From Trichodesmium erythraeum IMS101 (lineage in GTDB: Bacteria > Cyanobacteriota > Cyanobacteriia > Cyanobacteriales > Microcoleaceae): 32,000 nt of DNA. A model generated the notes under the pieces. It had not been told where the DNA came from. It searched no databases and saw nothing but the letters and a program-made list of their open reading frames with translations. The stretch lies in contig NC_008312.1 in the NCBI RefSeq assembly GCF_000014265.1, forward strand, positions 4,260,001 to 4,292,000, written 5' to 3'. This document shows positions 20,401 to 27,747 of this stretch, in pieces; the first letter of the stretch is position 1; each line of letters starts with the position of its first letter. The translations under genes were made by a program, and so were the position numbers.

Positions 20401-22600
20401 TTTCGGCTTTGTCTCCCCTTATTCTTTCACAGTAGGCAATGCCGAGATGATTTTGAGTCATTGCCCAGTCCATGGGGAAGTCAGTTTGGGTGCGCACCAG
20501 CAAAGCTTGTTGGAATGCAGCAATGGCGGCTTCAATATTTTCGGCTTTGTCTCCCCTTATTCTTTCTCTGTAGGCATTGCCGAGATTATTTTGAGTTCCT
20601 GCCCAGTCCATGGGGAAGTCTGTTTGGGTGCGTACCAGCAAAGCTTGTTGGAATGCAGCAATGGCGGCTTCAATATTTTCGGCTTTGTCTCCCCTTATTC
20701 TGTCACTGTAGGCAATGCCGAGATTATTTTGAGTTCCTGCCCAGTCCATGGGGAAGTCTGTTTGGGTGAACACCAGCAAAGCTTGTTGGCATGCAGCAAT
20801 AGCAGCTTCAATATTTTCGGCTTTGTCTCCCCTTATTCTGTTACTGTAGGCAAGGCCGAGATTATTTTGAGTTTTTGCCCAGTCGATGGGGAAGTCAGTT
20901 TGGCTGTGCACCAGCAAAGCTTGTTCGTATGCAGCAATGGCAGTTTCAATATTTTCGGCTTTGTCTCCCCTTATTCTGTCACTGTAGGCATTGCCGAGAT
21001 TATTTTGAGTCATTGCCCAGTCCATGGGGAAGTCAGTTTGGGTGCGCACCAGCAAAGCTTGTTGGTATGCAGCAATGGCGGCTTCAATATTTTCGGCTTT
21101 GTCTCCCCTTATTCTGTTACTGTAGGCAATGCCTAGATTATTTTGAGTTGCTGCCCAGTCGATGGGGAAGTCAGTTTGGGTGCGCACCAGCAAAGCTTGT
21201 TGGCATGCAGCAATGGCAGCTTCAATATTTTGGGCTTTGTCTCCCCTTATTCTGTCTCTGTAGGCAACGCCGAGATTATTTTGAGTCATTGCCCAAATTT
21301 CCCGGTGACTCTTAGAGGTAAAGACTTTTAGCACGACTTCATAACCTGCAATACTAATTTCCATGTTGTTTGCTTTGTTACCCAGAGGAAATTCCTGAAT
21401 GAGGCCACTGAAATAACCAATAGACATAGCCATATCTTCTGCTACATCCGCCTCCACTTCAGAAAATATAGCAGTTGCCCGGTGTCGCAATATATCAGCA
21501 CAGTTACCATCAAGCTTATCTAAGTTTTGTTCTAGGAGTGGGTAAACAACTTTCGAGTTACCTTTGCTTTGTCTGGTTGCCTGCAATACCTCTCCCAAAA
21601 ACTTCAAATAATTTTGTTTGTCTATATCAGTTTTAATAGTACTTTTTAGTTCTTCAATGTCATTATTTGATTTTTGATTAGCTAATTTAACAGTCTCAAG
21701 CAACATCTCGTTTATCAGAGTGGGGACTTTAGAGAGATCTACTCCTAGATTTTCCAGAACCCTTACAGCTACTCCTTCTCCTTCTCGAATTAAACCCAAA
21801 AGTAAATGCTCTGTCCCAATATAATTATGTCCTAATTGCTGTGCTTCCTCCAAAGAGAATTCTAAAACTGTTTTAGCTCTAGGAGCAAATGGAATTTCTG
21901 CTTCTACATCTCCCGAACCACGGCCAATTATTTTTTCCACTTCAATCCGAGCATCCTTTAGGTTTACGCCCATATATTTTAGGACTTTGGCCGCTACCCC
22001 TGTTCCTTCTCCAATTAAACCCAGAAGGATTTGTTCTGTCTCTACAAAGTCATGTCCCAAGCGACGGGCCTCATCCTGGGCCAACATGATCGCTTTGATT
22101 GGTTTTTCGGTGAAGCGATCAAACATACTTTTAGACCTCTGACGAATATCCACCTCTACCTCATCAGTCTCAAGCAACATCTCGTTTATCAGAGTGGGGA
22201 CTTTAGAGAGATCTACTCCTAGATTTTCCAGAACCCTTACAGCTACTCCTTCTCCTTCTCGAATTAAACCCAAAAGTAAATGCTCTGTCCCAATATAATT
22301 ATGTCCTAATTGCTGTGCTTCCTCCGAAGAGAATTCTAAAACTGTTTTAGCTCTAGGAGCAAATGGAATTTCTGCTTCTACATCTCCTGAACCACGGCCA
22401 ATTATTTTTTCCACTTCAATCCGAGCATCCTTTAGGCTTACGCCCATAGATTTTAGGACTTTGGCTGCTACCCCTGTTCCTTCTCCAATTAAACCCAGAA
22501 GGATTTGTTCTGTATCTACAAAGTTATGTCCCAAACGACCAGCCTCATGCTGGGCCAACATTATCGCTTTGATTGGTTTTTCGGTGAAGCGTTCAAACAT
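17465..22600 (-). CDS. Giant 1711-aa protein: 2 x ClpC-type Clp_N domain, lead-in domain, ~15 x 46-aa TPR-like repeats, linker, C-terminal CHAT (caspase-like) domain with His-to-Arg at the catalytic His position
   Basis: N-terminus [50 protein letters not shown]... is the ClpC/ClpB N-domain signature and occurs twice. The repeat unit is [46 protein letters not shown]. CHAT motifs are [10 protein letters not shown] (expected HxxxHG) and [10 protein letters not shown], then [19 protein letters not shown] and [10 protein letters not shown]. Confidence 0.9.
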   Translation of the reverse strand: MFERFTEKPIKAIMLAQHEAGRLGHNFVDTEQILLGLIGEGTGVAAKVLKSMGVSLKDARIEVEKIIGRGSGDVEAEIPFAPRAKTVLEFSSEEAQQLGHNYIGTEHLLLGLIREGEGVAVRVLENLGVDLSKVPTLINEMLLETDEVEVDIRQRSKSMFDRFTEKPIKAIMLAQDEARRLGHDFVETEQILLGLIGEGTGVAAKVLKYMGVNLKDARIEVEKIIGRGSGDVEAEIPFAPRAKTVLEFSLEEAQQLGHNYIGTEHLLLGLIREGEGVAVRVLENLGVDLSKVPTLINEMLLETVKLANQKSNNDIEELKSTIKTDIDKQNYLKFLGEVLQATRQSKGNSKVVYPLLEQNLDKLDGNCADILRHRATAIFSEVEADVAEDMAMSIGYFSGLIQEFPLGNKANNMEISIAGYEVVLKVFTSKSHREIWAMTQNNLGVAYRDRIRGDKAQNIEAAIAACQQALLVRTQTDFPIDWAATQNNLGIAYSNRIRGDKAENIEAAIAAYQQALLVRTQTDFPMDWAMTQNNLGNAYSDRIRGDKAENIETAIAAYEQALLVHSQTDFPIDWAKTQNNLGLAYSNRIRGDKAENIEAAIAACQQALLVFTQTDFPMDWAGTQNNLGIAYSDRIRGDKAENIEAAIAAFQQALLVRTQTDFPMDWAGTQNNLGNAYRERIRGDKAENIEAAIAAFQQALLVRTQTDFPMDWAMTQNHLGIAYCERIRGDKAENIEAAIAACQQALLVRTQTDFPVDWAGTQNHLGVAYIYRIRGDKAENIEAAIAACQQALLVYTQTDFPINWAGTQNNLGNAYRERIRGDKAENIEAAIAACQQALLVFTQTDLPMDWAMTQNNLGVAYIYRIRGDKAENIEAAIAACQQALLVRTQTDLPIDWAMTQNNLGVAYIYRIRGDKAENIEAAIAACQQALLVRTQTDLPIDWAMTQNHLGAAYSDRIRGDKTENIESAIAAYQQALLVYTQTDLPMDWARTQNNLGNAYIYRIRGDKAENIEAAIAAYQQALLVRTQTDFPMDWATTQNNLGAAYIYRIRGDKAENIEAAIAEYQQALQVLTQTDFPMDWAMTQNNLGAAYIYRIRGEKAENIEVAIAAFQQALLVRTLEANPIDHLQTTNNLGYLYFDNQNWQLAADNYEKAIAAVELSRSWATTDKRRQEIIAEAISVYQNLVQTYINLEQWDQAFKTAERSKTRNLVELLAKRDIYPKGDVPQEIIAELDRLRSTIPSLERRLQGVLERLSGNTSPPEEPQRRSLMASQQQLQQELQLSRQQLEETLERIKPIDSSFSLTQRVEPISWSDTQSRIDESTTIIEWYITKDKIITFILTANSLLVKQTDKKTLEALVNWGDDYLTAYLQEDKKQWQDHLASNLKRLAEILDIDGLLTQVGEIFYQQGKKCDRLILIPHRFLHLFPLHAMPLANGDLLMERFPGSLSYAPSLQLLQLSQTWNRSSLKHFFSVTNPTEDLSFTEPEVATIRADFYPNDDVLERQQATKTALTQERLAETNVAHFACRGYFNFKSPIDSALLLAGSTTPTPQETADGNGINLEKCLTLGDIFALDLRQCRLTSLSACETGLSDFKSLGDEYIGLPSGFLYAGSPSVVSSLWTVNDLSTALLMIQLYKNLLNSQEQTNVAIALNQAQLWLRDLTKKELEKWILENKIPLSPTLEMNLACRLHQMSDKYQPFESPFYWAGFCAIG
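19240..21300 (-). repeat. Intragenic array of ~15 near-identical 138-bp (46-codon) TPR-like repeats
   Basis: RIRG(D/E)K counted 15 times in the translation. The period matches the 138 bp measured directly in the homologous array of the neighbouring gene (CCATGG at 24792, 24930, 25068). Confidence 0.9.
21692..22600 (-). repeat. Tandem 474-bp duplication encoding the Clp_N module (copy 1 22166-22600, copy 2 21692-22126, 39-bp linker)
   Basis: AGTCTCAAGCAACATCTCG... starts at 21692 and again at 22166. The 145-aa copies differ at 8 residues (E3D, H18D, G21R, N26D, D29E, S51Y, S55N, S92L). The promoter-distal ~230 nt differ at only 2 nt by eye. Confidence 0.9.
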
Positions 22601-22671
22601 ATTTTCAGACTTTCGTTAGGGTTTCTAGCAAATATAACTACTATGATTTCGCTTAAAACGACATAATTCAG

Positions 22672-22696
22672 TTATCAATTAATTATCAATTATCAA
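22672..22696 (-). promoter_or_regulatory. Three direct TTGATAA heptamers 72-96 nt upstream of the giant CHAT gene start (possible -35 or operator cluster)
   Basis: The plus strand reads TTATCAA at 22672, 22683 and 22690. On the coding strand this is TTGATAATTGATAATTAATTGATAA. No convincing -10 box was identified. Confidence 0.2.
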
Positions 22697-23040
22697 TTTA
22701 TTATCCCATTTTGAGATGGCTTCGGGGTGTTGATGGCCTTCCCATTAGTGGCCCTCAATATATTCTCTCTCATAATAACAATATTTTACACAATTAAACA
22801 ACAGAAATTTGCGATCGCTTCACGAACTACATTCATTATTTCCTTTAATTGTTAAATTAATAATTTCGGGCAATGTAAAATGATTAATTATTTATTCTAA
22901 TTTATTTACAGGTTGAACCAGAGATAGTTTTGCAATATTGCCAAAAATTTTTTGTTGAGAATTATAGGTTTTGTTAGATTTTTGATGATGTTGGGGAACG
23001 GAAATATTTTTTATACACAAAAAGAAGTTTATAATTGAAA

Positions 23041-23124
23041 CTTAGTCCTAATATCCTTAGAGGGAATAAAGTCGTACGAGCCGAATTAATCCATGTTGGG
23101 TTTCCTTACCTCAACCCTACCTAG
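23041..23124 (+). repeat. Dispersed ~85-nt element, copy B
   Basis: CCTAATATCCTTAGAGGGAATAAAGTCG-TACGAGCCGAATTAATCCATGTTGGGTTTCCTTACCTCAACCCTACC is collinear with copies A and C. Confidence 0.7.
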
Positions 23125-23176
23125 GACTGACTAAAACCTATAAATTAGGGGATAGCCAGACAAGGACTATGGCATC

Positions 23177-23285
23177 CAGGGATGATTTTGGGGTCAGTTT
23201 AGAAAAGCAAATTGATACTTATTATCTGGTTGTTAATCTTTAAACCTAAAACCTAAAACCTAACACCTAAAACCTAAAACCTAAC
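23177..23285 (+). repeat. Solo copy of the 92-bp heptamer-bearing unit, same orientation as the 11499-11957 array
   Basis: CAGGGATGATTTT...ATTGATACTTATTATCTGGTTGTTAATCTTTAAACCTAAAACCTAAAACCTAACACCTAAAACCTAAAACCTAAC parallels 11499-11600 (CAGGGATGATTTT...ATTAATATTTGTTTTCTGTTTGTTAATGTTTAAACCTAAAACC...). Confidence 0.65.
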
Positions 23286-23290
23286 GCTTC

Positions 23291-23326
23291 ATTGTTGGGT
23301 TTCCTTGCCTCAACCCAGCCTACAAA
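23291..23326 (+). repeat. Partial copy (hairpin half only) of the dispersed ~85-nt element
   Basis: ATTGTTGGGTTTCCTTGCCTCAACCCAGCCTACAA matches the 3' half of copies A-C. Confidence 0.55.
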
Positions 23327-23569
23327 TAAGAGATAGATTTATTTATAGAAATTGGTTAGCGATCGCCCCTCAATTCAGTAATAATTTTTGTTCTAATTAA
23401 CTAACAAACTGATATAATATAAGTAAGAGTTAGCCATTAGGAAAGAGATTTGGAGGCTTGAGATTGCTATCATGACAGACTGCAACCGGAACCCTGTTCC
23501 TCCCAATGACAGAAATGCCTTGCCCGTAGGTAAGTCCTGATCAAGTTCAAAAATAATCAAAAAAATATT

Positions 23570-24199
23570 ATGGTTAAAACAATACCAGCTAGTCAAATTG
23601 ACCTATATTCTTTAGAAGAAAATTTTGGTTTAAAACGGGCATACGAACCCACTTTTTTCCCGGAATGGCAAGAAAATTTACCAGAATTGACGGAATTGGA
23701 AAAACAAGAATTAGTGCAGCTTAAAGCGGATTATTTGCGTCTTTCTAAACGTCCCATGTTAGAACCTCTGGTAAAAATGGTGGTATTATCACCTTTATTG
23801 AGGGCAGCAGGTTTTTATCGGGAACCCTTTTTTCTCTCCGCTGAAAAACAGATAAAAATTACTTCCGAAGATGGGGGAGCGATCGTTACAGGTAAAATTG
23901 ATATATTGGTTTATACCCCTCAATTTTGGGTATTAGTAATTGAGGCGAAACGGGTTGAATATTCATTACAAGTAGGTATTCCTCAAATATTGGCTTATAT
24001 GTTAGACTCTCCAGAAATCGAACAATCTGCTTTTGGATTTGTGACAAATGGTAGTGAGTTTAGATTTGTTAAACTACTTAAAAGAGATACTATCCAATAT
24101 GGATTATCTCGTTTATTTTCCATAGATAGTGGGGAAGATTTATATACTGTTGTGAGTATTTTTAAGAGCCTCGCTCAATTCGTGATTCAGCAAAATTAA
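23570..24199 (+). CDS. PD-(D/E)XK-type (HsdR-N-like) putative nuclease-fold protein, paralogue of 8906..9508
   Basis: GKIDILVY...WVLVIEAKRVEYSLQVGIPQILAYM gives a D...E-x-K...Q arrangement. It is the only plus-strand gene inside the island and sits between the two repeat-array genes. Confidence 0.55.
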   Translation: MVKTIPASQIDLYSLEENFGLKRAYEPTFFPEWQENLPELTELEKQELVQLKADYLRLSKRPMLEPLVKMVVLSPLLRAAGFYREPFFLSAEKQIKITSEDGGAIVTGKIDILVYTPQFWVLVIEAKRVEYSLQVGIPQILAYMLDSPEIEQSAFGFVTNGSEFRFVKLLKRDTIQYGLSRLFSIDSGEDLYTVVSIFKSLAQFVIQQN

Positions 24200-24309
24200 T
24201 GGCGCTTATATTATGTTTTAAGAATCTAGAGTATTTATGAAAAAACTTAGAAAAAATTGGGGTAGTCCTGCATATATTAGTAGCTTTGTTGTCTGAAAGT
24301 AGCGATCGG

Positions 24310-24390
24310 CAATATCCTTAGAGGAACTAAAGTCCAACTACGAGCCGAATTAATCTATGTTGGGTTTCGTTGCCTCAACCTAGTCTACAA
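24310..24390 (+). repeat. Dispersed ~85-nt element, copy C
   Basis: CAATATCCTTAGAGGAACTAAAGTCCAACTACGAGCCGAATTAATCTATGTTGGGTTTCGTTGCCTCAACCTAGTCTACAA. Confidence 0.7.
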
Positions 24391-24495
24391 TCTTGAACAA
24401 GAGTCAAATAAGATCTTCAAAATTACTATTTATTAAATTAAGTAGAGTGAGCAAAGATTGATCAACCCTACAAAACTATTATCTCAACAATTGAT

Positions 24496-27400
24496 TCAAG
24501 GATTTAATACTTCTTTTACACCTTCAATAAGGAACTGAGCAACAGGATGATCAATCATTTTTTCTAAAGCTGCTAAACCTCCTGCTTTTAATCCTCGGAT
24601 AATTCGATATTTTAACTGAGGATTTTTATCAACTTCATCCATAGCTTTAGCACTTAAAACTCTATAACTATCGTTAGGATAATCTTCTGAAAGTTGATTG
24701 AGTAGATTTTTAATATCTTTAGCTGCTTGTGCTAGGTCTTGATTAATTTTTCTGTAGGCATTGCCGAGATTATTTTGAATTGTTGCCCATTCCATGGGGA
24801 AGTCAGTTTGGGTGTACACCAGCAAAGCTTGTTCGTATGCAGCAATGGCGGCTTCAATATTTTCCGCTTTGTCTCCCCTTATTCTGTTTCTGTAGGCATT
24901 GCCGAGATTATTTTGAATTGTTGCCCATTCCATGGGGAAGTCAGTTTGGGTGTACACCAGCAAAGCTTGTTCGTATGCAGCAATGGCAGCTTCAATATTT
25001 TCGGCTTTGTCTCCCCTTATTCTGTAAATGTAGGCAGCGCCGAGATTATTTTGAGTTGTTGCCCAGTCCATGGGGAAGTCTGTTTGGGTGCGCACCAGCA
25101 AAGCTTGTTGGTATGCAGCAATGGCAGCTTCAATATTTTCGGCTTTGTCTCCCCTTATTCTGTTACTGTAGGCATTGCCGAGATTATTTTGAATTGTTGC
25201 CCATTCCATGGGGAAGTCAGTTTGGGTGTACACCAGCAAAGCTTGTTGGTATGCAGCAATGGCAGCTTCAATATTTTCGGCTTTGTCTCCCCTTATTCTG
25301 TCACTGTAGGCATTGCCGAGATTATTTTGAGTTGTTGCCCAGTCCATGGGGAAGTCTGTTTGGGTGCGCACCAGCAAAGCTTGTTGGTATGCAGCAATGG
25401 CAGCTTCAATATTTTCGGCTTTGTCTCCCCTTATTCTGTCACTGTAGGCAATGCCGAGATTATATTGAGTTCCTGCCCAGTCCATGGGGAAGTCTGTTTG
25501 GGTGCGCACCAGCAAAGCTTGTTGGTATGCAGCAATGGCAGCTTCAATATTTTCGGCTTTGTCTCCCCTTATTCTGTCACTGTAGGCATTGCCGAGATTA
25601 TTTTGAGTTGTTGCCCAGTCCATGGGGAAGTCAGTTTGGGTGTACACCAGCAAAGCTTGTTGGAATGCAGCAATGGCAGCTTCAATATTTTCGGCTTTGT
25701 CTCCCCTTATTCTGTCACTATAGGCATTGCCGAGATTATTTTGAGTTCCGGCCCAGTCGATGGGGAAGTCAGTTTGGGTGCTTACCTGCAAAGCTCGTTT
25801 GTATGCAGCAATGGCGGCTTCAATATTTTCGGCTTTGTCTCCCCTTATTCTGTCTCTGTAGGCATTGCCGAGATTATTTTGAGTCATTGCCCAGTTGATG
25901 GGGAAGTCAGTTTGGGTGCGCACCAGCAAAGCTTGTTGGTATGCAGCAATGGCAGCTTCAATATTTTCGGCTTTGTCTCCCCTTATTCTGTTACTGTAGG
26001 CATTGCCGAGATTATTTTGAGTCATTGCCCAGTTGATGGGGAAGTCAGTTTGGGTGTACACCAGCAAAGCTTGTTGGTATGCAGCAATGGCGGCTTCAAT
26101 ATTTTCGGCTTTGTCTCCCCTTATTCTGTTTCTGTAGGCAATGCCGAGATTATTTTGAGTATTTGCCCAGTCCATGGGGAAGTCAGTTTGGGTGTACACC
26201 AGCAAAGCTTGTTGGTATGCAGCAATGGCAGCTTCAATATTTTCGGCTTTGTCTCCCCTTATTCTGTCACTGTAGGCAGCGCCGAGATTATTTTGAGTCA
26301 TTGCCCAGTCCATGGGGAAGTCAGTTTGGGTGTACACCAGCAAAGCTTGTTGGTATGCAGCAATGGCAGCTTCAATATTTTGGGCTTTGTCTCCCCTTAT
26401 TCTGTCTCTGTGGGCATTGCCGAGATTATTTTGAGTCATTGCCCAGTCCATGGGGAAGTCAGTTTGGGTGTACACCAGCAAAGCTTGTTCGTATGCAGCA
26501 ATGGCAACTTCAATATTTTCGGCTTTGTCTCCCCTTATTCTCTCACTGTACCCATTGCCGAGGCTATTTTGAGTTGCTGCCCATTCAAAGGGGAAGTCAG
26601 TTTGGGTAAGCACCATCAAAGCTTGTTGGCATGCAGCAATAGCCGATTCAATATTCTGGGCTTTGTCTCCTCTTATTCTGTTACTGTAGGCAATGCCGAG
26701 ATGATTTTGAATAATTCCCCACTCTTTAGGAAACTCTTCTCGTCGAAAAATTTGACAAGCAATCTGATATCCAGTAATAGCAATTTCTAAGTTTATCGCT
26801 ATATTTCCCAATGTAAAATTGCCTAATAAATTGCTAAATCTAGTAAGAGATGAACCAATTCTATGTAATTCAACTGGTTCCGTATTTAACAGTATATTAG
26901 TTGACCATTCTTGTAATAACCCAATTAAATCTTCATTTAACCTCTCTAGATTTGCTTCCAAAAATGGATAAATTTTCCATTGAGGATTATCATCATTATC
27001 AGAAACAATATTTAGTAACTCTTCGAGGAAAGACAACTCAACAGAAATTAGAGGAATTTCATCAGGAATTGACAAACTAACTCCAGCAATTTTAACTTGA
27101 CGTTCCCACCTAGAAAGCTGAGAGAATTGTTTTGTTGCACCCTCCAAATCTCCACTCGTAAAAGACACCATTCCACGGGCGTAGGTAATCAGTGGTGGTT
27201 CAAATTCCGCTAAAGCAGTTGGAAAACTTTCTATAAATAACCCAAATCTAAACAACTCCTTCCAGTTTTTCTGCTTCAATCTCTCTTCAATAGCCAGTGC
27301 CAGTTTATGATTAAGCTGATTAGGCTGACTACAAGCAAGGGACATCCAATACTCAGCCGTTCCTAAGTCTCTCCTCCTCAAATCATCACCATCAAGTTGC

Positions 27401-27747
27401 TGTTTCACATAGTTACTGTAGAAATCTGCTAGTTCTTTTAACCGAGGCTTATCAAAACGCTTATCTTCCTTCAACTCTTGCAACAACAAATTTCGGACAT
27501 TTACATCCATTTCATAAAGCTCATAGCCTACCTCACGGCACAAGCGAGATAAAAGTATGCGAGCAACTGCCGTCCAAGGAGCTTGGGGGACAAAGCGAAG
27601 CCAAATTTGGTAGAGCAAATCAGGAGTAAGTGTCTGTGGAAACGCTGCATGACAAGCTAAATCAAGATGTGTACCGTCGAATTGTTGGGCAAATCCTACC
27701 ACCCTCTCAACAGCTATTTCCGAATCTATTGCTTTAGTTGAATTCAT
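24496..27747 (-). CDS. 1083-aa vWA-MoxR-associated protein: ~230-aa helical N-domain, lead-in domain, ~14.5 x 46-aa TPR-like repeats, ~85-aa helical C-terminal tail
   Basis: The ATG at 27747 overlaps the vWA stop (ATGA). The repeats use the same consensus as the CHAT protein, and RIRGDK was counted 14 times plus one truncated unit. The lead-in (FLEELL...YPFLEANLERL...FTLGNIAINLEIAITGYQ) is homologous to the CHAT protein's (FLGEVL...[11 protein letters not shown]...[18 protein letters not shown]). Confidence 0.85.
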   Translation of the reverse strand: MNSTKAIDSEIAVERVVGFAQQFDGTHLDLACHAAFPQTLTPDLLYQIWLRFVPQAPWTAVARILLSRLCREVGYELYEMDVNVRNLLLQELKEDKRFDKPRLKELADFYSNYVKQQLDGDDLRRRDLGTAEYWMSLACSQPNQLNHKLALAIEERLKQKNWKELFRFGLFIESFPTALAEFEPPLITYARGMVSFTSGDLEGATKQFSQLSRWERQVKIAGVSLSIPDEIPLISVELSFLEELLNIVSDNDDNPQWKIYPFLEANLERLNEDLIGLLQEWSTNILLNTEPVELHRIGSSLTRFSNLLGNFTLGNIAINLEIAITGYQIACQIFRREEFPKEWGIIQNHLGIAYSNRIRGDKAQNIESAIAACQQALMVLTQTDFPFEWAATQNSLGNGYSERIRGDKAENIEVAIAAYEQALLVYTQTDFPMDWAMTQNNLGNAHRDRIRGDKAQNIEAAIAAYQQALLVYTQTDFPMDWAMTQNNLGAAYSDRIRGDKAENIEAAIAAYQQALLVYTQTDFPMDWANTQNNLGIAYRNRIRGDKAENIEAAIAAYQQALLVYTQTDFPINWAMTQNNLGNAYSNRIRGDKAENIEAAIAAYQQALLVRTQTDFPINWAMTQNNLGNAYRDRIRGDKAENIEAAIAAYKRALQVSTQTDFPIDWAGTQNNLGNAYSDRIRGDKAENIEAAIAAFQQALLVYTQTDFPMDWATTQNNLGNAYSDRIRGDKAENIEAAIAAYQQALLVRTQTDFPMDWAGTQYNLGIAYSDRIRGDKAENIEAAIAAYQQALLVRTQTDFPMDWATTQNNLGNAYSDRIRGDKAENIEAAIAAYQQALLVYTQTDFPMEWATIQNNLGNAYSNRIRGDKAENIEAAIAAYQQALLVRTQTDFPMDWATTQNNLGAAYIYRIRGDKAENIEAAIAAYEQALLVYTQTDFPMEWATIQNNLGNAYRNRIRGDKAENIEAAIAAYEQALLVYTQTDFPMEWATIQNNLGNAYRKINQDLAQAAKDIKNLLNQLSEDYPNDSYRVLSAKAMDEVDKNPQLKYRIIRGLKAGGLAALEKMIDHPVAQFLIEGVKEVLNP
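24745..26745 (-). repeat. Intragenic array of ~14.5 near-identical 138-bp repeats, cross-identical to the array at 19240-21300
   Basis: Exact 138-bp period (CCATGG at 24792 / 24930 / 25068). Units are above 90% identical to each other and to those of the CHAT gene by eye. Confidence 0.9.

Noticed and set aside
19403-21331. Long plus-strand ORFs (82-354 aa, several frames) antisense to the CHAT-gene repeat array
   Set aside because: They are artefacts of a stop-free 138-bp unit being repeated. Their translations are low-complexity (CLPLFC.., [11 protein letters not shown]..), whereas the minus strand gives canonical TPR-like LG.AY...G....AI..Y..AL units continuous with the Clp_N and CHAT domains.
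19240-26745. Diversity-generating retroelement (DGR) as the source of the repeat hypervariability
   Set aside because: The window has no reverse transcriptase, template repeat or IMH-like element. The variable codons are not restricted to adenine-templated positions, and the variation is spread over about 29 units rather than one C-terminal variable region.
24739-26790. 683-aa, 372-aa and 176-aa plus-strand ORFs antisense to the second repeat array
   Set aside because: Same reason: repeat-generated open frames. The minus-strand ORF is translationally coupled (ATGA) to the vWA gene.
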